From an uncultured Rhodospirillaceae bacterium (lineage in GTDB: Bacteria; Pseudomonadota; Alphaproteobacteria; UBA9219), in contig CAYNLV010000001.1 in assembly GCA_964398175.1 (NCBI GenBank), forward strand, positions 1-47,176: a stretch of 47,176 nucleotides of DNA, written 5' to 3'. Within the stretch, counting starts at the first letter, position 1. Each line of letters opens with the position of its first letter. A model generated the notes under the pieces. That model saw only the letters and a program-made list of their open reading frames with translations. It was not told the origin of the DNA and did not search any database. A program made the translations under genes and the position numbers. Of this stretch, positions 41,927 to 47,176 are shown piece by piece.

Positions 41927-44458
41927 TTACTTCTTCCCTTTACGCTTTTTGGGTTCCACCGGGGTGTTGGTACGCAGGGTGATATCGTTGCCCGTGTAGA
42001 ACTCACTCGTCTTTTCGACCTTGACGTTCACGGGATTAACGAGCTCGGCTTTATATTCTTCCAAAGCTTCCGATGGGATGGTCAGGATATATTCGCCGGG
42101 CAACACGCGCGTGAGGACGAAATAGCCGTCGGATTCGCTCATCACACGCTTGATCAGTTTGCCGTTCTTGTCCTGCAACTCAATCACGATATCCGGGATG
42201 TCATGGCGTTTGCCGTCTCTGTCGATCAGTTTGACGTTGCCGTCGATCTCGCTGGTCGAGACAACAGGGAACTGTAGATTTATAACGTCGCCCGGCCGGG
42301 TCGTAACACGAAAGCCCTCAATAGATGAGGATAACATGGGATCCTTGAATGTGCTGGCGTCGACATCAACATTCACCGGCTCATAAGCGCCGACAGGCGC
42401 GATAAACGTTGTGTCATCGCGCGGGCGGATCGGCACGCGGTTCATTCTCAAAATCGCGTCCGTGAAAACTTTTTCGTTTTCTTCGGGTGTGTTGTTATAG
42501 TTGTCATCAACAAACACTTTGTTGGCGATTGCGCCGGAGCCGCTCATGCTTTGCGACTGCGTATGCCAGCGGTTGAACATTTCGTCATGCGCGACCGAAA
42601 AGACGAGATTCACGCCGAACGTCGCATTGTACTTATCGTTCATCTCACCCGAGAAACTCAAGCGGTAATCCTGCAAATCCCAATTGATGGTTTGCCGAAT
42701 AGACGTTCCATCGGCATCCCCCAATTCCCGGAAAAGTTGGGTTTGACCACTCAGTTCATCGGTGAGGCGATATTGGGTCGTCAGCATGGCGCCATTCGGG
42801 CCCATGATTGGTTCGACGTCGTAGCGGCCATCGAAACGGAAAAGGATGTTCCATAAGCGCGTTTGCACACCAAGATTGCCCTGTATGCGTTGCTTGGTAT
42901 CGCGGATCAGGTCGAGCGTATTTGAAAAACTTATGCCCCAGATCGCTTTGGAATAGGACGAGCTGTAGGTCAGGCGAGGCACCTGATACGTGAATGTTTC
43001 ACGCTTGGCGCGCACGCCGAAGTTTAGATCTTCGATAAGCGGCAGGTAATACTGGCCGTTCATGTCGAGGGTCGTTTCGCTTTTGCGTGGGTCTGATGGG
43101 TTATTTTCAATCTCGCTGGTAAAATTATTGAAGATACGGTGCCGCGCGCGCACGCTGACATCGTAAATACTGGTAATGGCAGTTAATCCGGTGGCCCAGC
43201 CGCTGGCTATATCCTTGACAAAGTTGCCTTCGGTCAGGACGCCGAAAAAGCTCGTATTCGCAGAACCGGTCATGTAACGGTGCGTGCCGTCGTTAAGTTC
43301 CGCCTGAGCCGCGCCCGCACCGAGTGTCAGAAATTGCGCAACCCCATAACGGGCTTCGGCAATCCCGCGCCAGCCGCGCGGGACTGTGGACTCGCCCGTT
43401 GTGGATTGGGAATCGAGGTTGATCAGGCTCTCGCCTTCCTGATTGACAGAGAACGTATATTCGAACTGATCGGGCTTCAACATTGTGCTGCCGACAAGAT
43501 AGGTTTCAATACGGTCTTCGGATTGGCCTTGGGGTCCATAGAGGGCAATGCGAAATGTATTGGTCCCGTAGACAAGGGGAATATCGCGGAATTCATAACG
43601 CCCGTTGTTGTCGGCAATCTGAAACGCGAGAAGAACATTATTGCGGTAAAGCTCTACTTCCCAGCCGGGCATCGCGTTGCCGACAAAAGTGTGCGTATCG
43701 AAATTATCCGGTGTATTTAATGCGCGGTTGGTGATTGAAATGCCACGGCTTAGGCTGTTGGTGGTGACCAATGTCAAGGCCGGAGAGTCGATATCGCCAA
43801 GCGAAAAAGCCGTCGCTTGCAAAGGGCCCAGCAGTTCAGCTTTCGGGTCTTTCCGGCCGGCCACAATGCGGAGGTTGTTCAGCTGATCATCCGAACTGCC
43901 TCCTGCGTAAATCTTGGTTGTCAGATAGCCAAGATCGCCTGCGCTAAGCAGTGTGAAGTTATTTGTGAAACTGCTACTGCTACTACTGCTGCTTGAGTCC
44001 GAGCTGTAAGAGCTCGACAGGTTGACGTCAATAAACGGCCATGAAATCAGCTGGTACGGATTTTCGACAGTTTGGTAGTTTTGCTGTTTCGCTTTTTGCG
44101 CTGCCATAAGTTTGTCCCAAAGATTATGGCGTTTCATGCGAGATTCGACGGGTAAAACCACCGACGTATCAAGCGCCAGTGCCATCATCTTTTTGTCAAA
44201 GCGGCTTTGGATGTCGAACCATTTGGAAAAATCGTCGGCGCTGACGTAAATCTGGTCGTTTTTAACGAAAATGCTGTCCTTTGACAGCGGATATTGCTTG
44301 TGATTGGCGGTGACTTCGCTGTCATGAACATCCAGCGCGAAATTATGTTCGGAGTCGATGAATGTGCCTTCGGCGGTTCCTTTTTGGGGATCGACTTTAA
44401 TGTTGAACTCCAGAAGGCTCATCATTTCCGCAAGCGGCAAATAGAGCTTATCATCCAC
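41927..44458 (-). CDS. Large outer-membrane-type protein (843 aa) with usher-like and CarboxypepD_reg-like modules and a beta-barrel-like core; no recognisable signal peptide
   Basis: GTG start with no SD. The N-terminus looks like a copper-amine-oxidase-N / stalk-like domain (YLPLAEMMSLLEFNIKVDPQKGTAEGTF...). A poly-Ser tract follows. An Ig-like module (GWEVELYRNNVLLAFQIADNNGRYEFRDIPLVYGTNTFRIALYGPQGQ) resembles usher plug/middle domains. Long amphipathic beta-strand regions come next. The C-terminal part reads DGYFVLTRVLPGEYILTIP. Confidence 0.65.
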   Translation of the reverse strand: MDDKLYLPLAEMMSLLEFNIKVDPQKGTAEGTFIDSEHNFALDVHDSEVTANHKQYPLSKDSIFVKNDQIYVSADDFSKWFDIQSRFDKKMMALALDTSVVLPVESRMKRHNLWDKLMAAQKAKQQNYQTVENPYQLISWPFIDVNLSSSYSSDSSSSSSSSSFTNNFTLLSAGDLGYLTTKIYAGGSSDDQLNNLRIVAGRKDPKAELLGPLQATAFSLGDIDSPALTLVTTNSLSRGISITNRALNTPDNFDTHTFVGNAMPGWEVELYRNNVLLAFQIADNNGRYEFRDIPLVYGTNTFRIALYGPQGQSEDRIETYLVGSTMLKPDQFEYTFSVNQEGESLINLDSQSTTGESTVPRGWRGIAEARYGVAQFLTLGAGAAQAELNDGTHRYMTGSANTSFFGVLTEGNFVKDIASGWATGLTAITSIYDVSVRARHRIFNNFTSEIENNPSDPRKSETTLDMNGQYYLPLIEDLNFGVRAKRETFTYQVPRLTYSSSYSKAIWGISFSNTLDLIRDTKQRIQGNLGVQTRLWNILFRFDGRYDVEPIMGPNGAMLTTQYRLTDELSGQTQLFRELGDADGTSIRQTINWDLQDYRLSFSGEMNDKYNATFGVNLVFSVAHDEMFNRWHTQSQSMSGSGAIANKVFVDDNYNNTPEENEKVFTDAILRMNRVPIRPRDDTTFIAPVGAYEPVNVDVDASTFKDPMLSSSIEGFRVTTRPGDVINLQFPVVSTSEIDGNVKLIDRDGKRHDIPDIVIELQDKNGKLIKRVMSESDGYFVLTRVLPGEYILTIPSEALEEYKAELVNPVNVKVEKTSEFYTGNDITLRTNTPVEPKKRKGKK

Positions 44459-44541
44459 CTCGATAGCTTCGATGAACTCGTTGTTCGGGGGATTTTTCTT
44501 AAGGCGGGGCTGGAGGATGAGAGGGTTTTCATAGAGGCTTA

Positions 44542-45198
44542 TTACCGGAAGTTGTTGAACTTGTATGTAATGCTGGCTTTTACCGTATCTGTTGTTGGAC
44601 GAACAGAAACAGGACCTGCGTAGGTAAAGTCCTCACCGCCGTATTGAGCGCGCGCATAATCAACACCCGCAATCCAGTTGTTGTACACGGCATAGTCAAT
44701 ACCAGCACCAGCCGTCCAGCCAACATAAGTATTTGCTTTATTTCCCCACCCCAAAGCAGGAATGAAGTGCATGTCGGTCATATTGGCAAGGGCCAGACCA
44801 CCTTTGCCGTAAACCAGAATATTGTCCACGGGGACATAACCGGCCTTGCCAACAAAAGCGCCCTGCCAACTTTGTTCAATCTCATATTCTTCTGTGCTGA
44901 CACCCGTCGCATATTTGCCTTTATTGAGGGTCCAGTCCATACTTCCTTCGGCACCGAGGACAAAACGTTTAATCTGATAATTGTAACCAATTTTACCACC
45001 CGCGGTGAACGCCGTCGTGTCGATATCATTATGCGACGAGACATAGTTTGGGATTTTGATAGCTGAGCTATTCCAATTGGCGCCGAAGTTGCCGCCAACA
45101 TAGAAACCCGTCCAATTATAACCCGGGGTCGGTGCAGCCATCGCCGGTACAGCGAACGCGGCAACCGCAACAGTTGTCAGAAGTAATTTGCGAAGCAT
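44542..45198 (-). CDS. Outer-membrane beta-barrel protein, Omp25/Omp31/OmpA_membrane porin family
   Basis: Strong RBS AGGAGG. Signal peptide MLRKLLLTTVAVAAFAVPAMA. It has NWTGFYVGGNFG, alternating aromatic beta-strands, and a C-terminal ...ASITYKFNNFR ending in an aromatic-x motif. Confidence 0.85.
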   Translation of the reverse strand: MLRKLLLTTVAVAAFAVPAMAAPTPGYNWTGFYVGGNFGANWNSSAIKIPNYVSSHNDIDTTAFTAGGKIGYNYQIKRFVLGAEGSMDWTLNKGKYATGVSTEEYEIEQSWQGAFVGKAGYVPVDNILVYGKGGLALANMTDMHFIPALGWGNKANTYVGWTAGAGIDYAVYNNWIAGVDYARAQYGGEDFTYAGPVSVRPTTDTVKASITYKFNNFR

Positions 45199-45492
45199 TT
45201 GAAACCTCCTAAGATTTTGAAGAGCGAAACATTCTATCTGATCGTGACCGTGCTTTTCAAAAACAATCTAACTTGTTTCGATACAATAATGATATCTGTG
45301 ATGAAAGAGAGACAATTTAAGCGGTTGAATAGGCAGGATTTTGTTGCTGACAAACGCCAACCACAATCAATAAATGACATAGTCTTGTGTCTAAACAGGA
45401 CAAATTCCCTTCTACCAGTAATGCCTAAATCATGGTAACAGTAAATTAATCAATCACTTGTTTTACCATCATTCACTACTGGGCCCTAATCC

Positions 45493-46419
45493 ATGAAGCT
45501 TCGTTTGTTGTACGTAGTTTTGACCGCGCTTTTTATATGGCCCGGCATCAGCCAAGCCGGGAACCTTTTGCGCGCGTTCGAGAAGCCACTTGCAGACCGT
45601 AAGTTCACATACTTGATGATGGTGGAAGCAGCAACGTCAAAAACCGCGCCTGAACACATCGCACTTCCGACAATGTCCATCGTACCACACCGGGCAATAT
45701 ATAACATGGTTCTTAATGCTGCGAAAAGCGGAAGTAGCATTTCGGATATTTCCGGCAAAATGTTTTTTGAATGGGCGGACGCTTGCGATGGGTGGGCTGT
45801 TCAGCAGCATCTGCAGATGCACTTTGTTTATACTGAAGGAGATGAATCCGACGTGAACAGTTCGGTCATTACGTGGGAGGCGAAGGATGGCAAGCAGTAT
45901 AATTTCAATGTGCGACGCACGACCAATGGTAAAGAGACGGAAAATTATCGAGGACGCGCTTTGTTGACGGAAAAAGGAGGTATAGGCAAATATAGTATTC
46001 CGCGCGAAAAAAAAGAAGCTGTGTTGCCAATTGATACCTTGTTTCCTTCCTCTCATACGACACTCATTCTTCAAAAGGCCGCACAAGGGGAAAAACTTTT
46101 CATGCGCCGGGTATTTGACGGTTCGGACGAAGAAGGATCAGCCGATATAAGTTCTTTTATCGGTGAACGCATTAACTCGATATCCCAAACGGAACTAACA
46201 CCCGAATTACGAAGCAAGCCATTGTTGGCTCATCCCGCATGGCCCATTAGGCTGGCTTTCTTCAAGCCGGAATCCGAAACAGGAGAGCCTGATTATGAAA
46301 TGAACCTGACATTGCAGGATAATGGCGTAGCACGTTATATGCAGATCGATTATGGCGATTTTTCTATAAATGGTATTCTTGTCGATGTGGAGGCATTACC
46401 AACCAGTTGCTCGAATTGA
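45493..46419 (+). CDS. DUF1849 / EipB-like periplasmic cell-envelope integrity protein
   Basis: Signal peptide LLYVVLTALFIWPGISQA. PHRAIYNMVL...SGKMFFEWADACDGWAVQQ resembles DUF1849 family blocks known from alphaproteobacteria. The assignment is from memory and no search was run. Confidence 0.55.
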   Translation: MKLRLLYVVLTALFIWPGISQAGNLLRAFEKPLADRKFTYLMMVEAATSKTAPEHIALPTMSIVPHRAIYNMVLNAAKSGSSISDISGKMFFEWADACDGWAVQQHLQMHFVYTEGDESDVNSSVITWEAKDGKQYNFNVRRTTNGKETENYRGRALLTEKGGIGKYSIPREKKEAVLPIDTLFPSSHTTLILQKAAQGEKLFMRRVFDGSDEEGSADISSFIGERINSISQTELTPELRSKPLLAHPAWPIRLAFFKPESETGEPDYEMNLTLQDNGVARYMQIDYGDFSINGILVDVEALPTSCSN

Positions 46420-46429
46420 GAGAGGATTC

Positions 46430-47038
46430 ATGCATATCGTCCTCATAAGCGGCAGTCACCGAAAGGCTTCGCAGTCGGCCCGCGTTGCGAACTATATGGC
46501 GGAACGCTTGCTTTCAATCGAAACAGGAACCTCAAAAGACATTATTGAATTGACCGGAAATCCATTGCCTCTTTGGGAAGAGAGCGCGTGGCACGCAGAC
46601 AGCGCTTTAATTAAACAATGGGAGCCTTACGCCAAACGGCTGCGAGCGGCAGATGGGTTGGTTGTAATCGCGCCGGAATGGCATGGAATGGTTCCGTCCG
46701 GTCTGAAAAATTTTCTTCTTTACTGTTCGGCGCGGGATGTGGGCCATAAACCAGGGTTGATTGTAACTGTTTCGTCAAGCCGCGGCGGTGCATATCCAAT
46801 TAACGAACTACGCACCAGCGGTTATAAGAACACGCGCATCTGTTATATACCAGAACACTTAATTGTGCGTGATTGCGAAAAAATGTTTGTCAGCGATGCA
46901 CCTGCGGATAAAGATGACGAATACTTGCGTGGTCGCGCGGATTTTGCGCTGCGTTGCCTTATTGCATATGCCAAAGCACTAAAACCAGTTTGGACGAATG
47001 GCCCTTTACTCGATGAAAACTATCCATTCGGAATGTAG
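46430..47038 (+). CDS. NAD(P)H-dependent FMN reductase / flavodoxin-like fold oxidoreductase
   Basis: I chose the ATG at 46430 (GAGAGAGGA upstream). MHIVLISGSHRKASQSARVANYM and GLVVIAPEWHGMVPSGLKNFL are typical of the FMN_red family. Confidence 0.8.
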   Translation: MHIVLISGSHRKASQSARVANYMAERLLSIETGTSKDIIELTGNPLPLWEESAWHADSALIKQWEPYAKRLRAADGLVVIAPEWHGMVPSGLKNFLLYCSARDVGHKPGLIVTVSSSRGGAYPINELRTSGYKNTRICYIPEHLIVRDCEKMFVSDAPADKDDEYLRGRADFALRCLIAYAKALKPVWTNGPLLDENYPFGM

Positions 47039-47046
47039 ATTTTCTT

Positions 47047-47176
47047 ATGCGTATTCTTAGCCTCGATTGTGCCAATTCGTCTTGCAGCGTATGCATTTGG
47101 CAGGATGGCGTTGTGCAGGCGCTGGCGGAAGAACGTATGGAGCGCGGGCAGGATGCGCGTCTTATGCCGTTGATTT
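47047..47176 (+). CDS. tsaB: tRNA threonylcarbamoyladenosine biosynthesis protein TsaB (YeaZ), N-terminal fragment; continues beyond the window
   Basis: Manual translation gives MRILSLDCANSSCSVCIWQDGVVQALAEERMERGQDARLMPLI. This is the typical TsaB N-terminus (ILxxDTSxxxCSVA... pattern). Confidence 0.65.
   Translation, partial: MRILSLDCANSSCSVCIWQDGVVQALAEERMERGQDARLMPLI

Noticed and set aside
45199-45438. 79-aa plus-strand ORF in the porin / EipB-like divergent spacer
   Set aside because: It lies in an AT-rich promoter region, has no RBS and has an implausible composition. It is likely spurious.

Overview
The window looks like a chromosomal segment of an alphaproteobacterium-like genome. 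Supporting markers are an Omp25/31-type porin, a DUF1849/EipB-like protein, MotE-like and DUF6468-like flagellar genes, and ParC/RecO/RlmN/RsmI housekeeping genes. It is densely coding, with about 40 CDS and one tRNA-Lys(CUU). I saw no CRISPR array, rRNA, transposase or integrase.

Main blocks:
1. 1-5451 (minus strand): a compact type IV pilus / T2SS-like module. It has an MshL-type lipoprotein secretin, two prepilin-type proteins, a GspE/PilB ATPase and a GspF/PilC platform protein. A TPR-GT41 (OGT/SPINDLY-like) glycosyltransferase lies upstream, with two tandem DnaA boxes in between.
2. 7386-20452: envelope and housekeeping genes. These are a CNNM/TlyC-type protein, a GH17-GT2 NdvB-like glucan synthase, an MlaC-like protein, dxs, a UDG-family protein, a PAS histidine kinase, a secreted cysteine-containing protein, a large GT4 and recO.
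3. 20431-21045: a low-GC orphan gene wedged between recO and parC.
4. 23479-26450: an acetolactate synthase large subunit with no adjacent small subunit, plus an unknown 263-aa gene.
5. 27984-37106: a flagellar/chemotaxis block (fliL, fliM, DUF6468-like, MotE-like, cheY, cheZ, a 1017-aa periplasmic TPR protein, a minimal MCP).
6. 37454-47176: comM/yifB, the divergent rsmI-lpoA pair, tRNA-Lys, an 843-aa usher-like outer-membrane-type protein lacking a signal peptide, a porin, an EipB-like protein, an FMN reductase and the start of tsaB.

The most interesting signal is in block 4. The acetolactate synthase gene and the unknown 263-aa gene are each preceded by a paralogous ~105-nt leader. Each leader has a mini-ORF rich in branched-chain residues (MNIILLVRCALDTG and MRHFMLVIRWALDTGRS), nested stems and an intrinsic terminator. 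Two base pairs differ between the copies in a compensatory way. This looks like a duplicated branched-chain amino acid attenuator that brings an uncharacterised protein under ilv-type control.

All functional calls come from reading motifs in the supplied translations. No database search was run.
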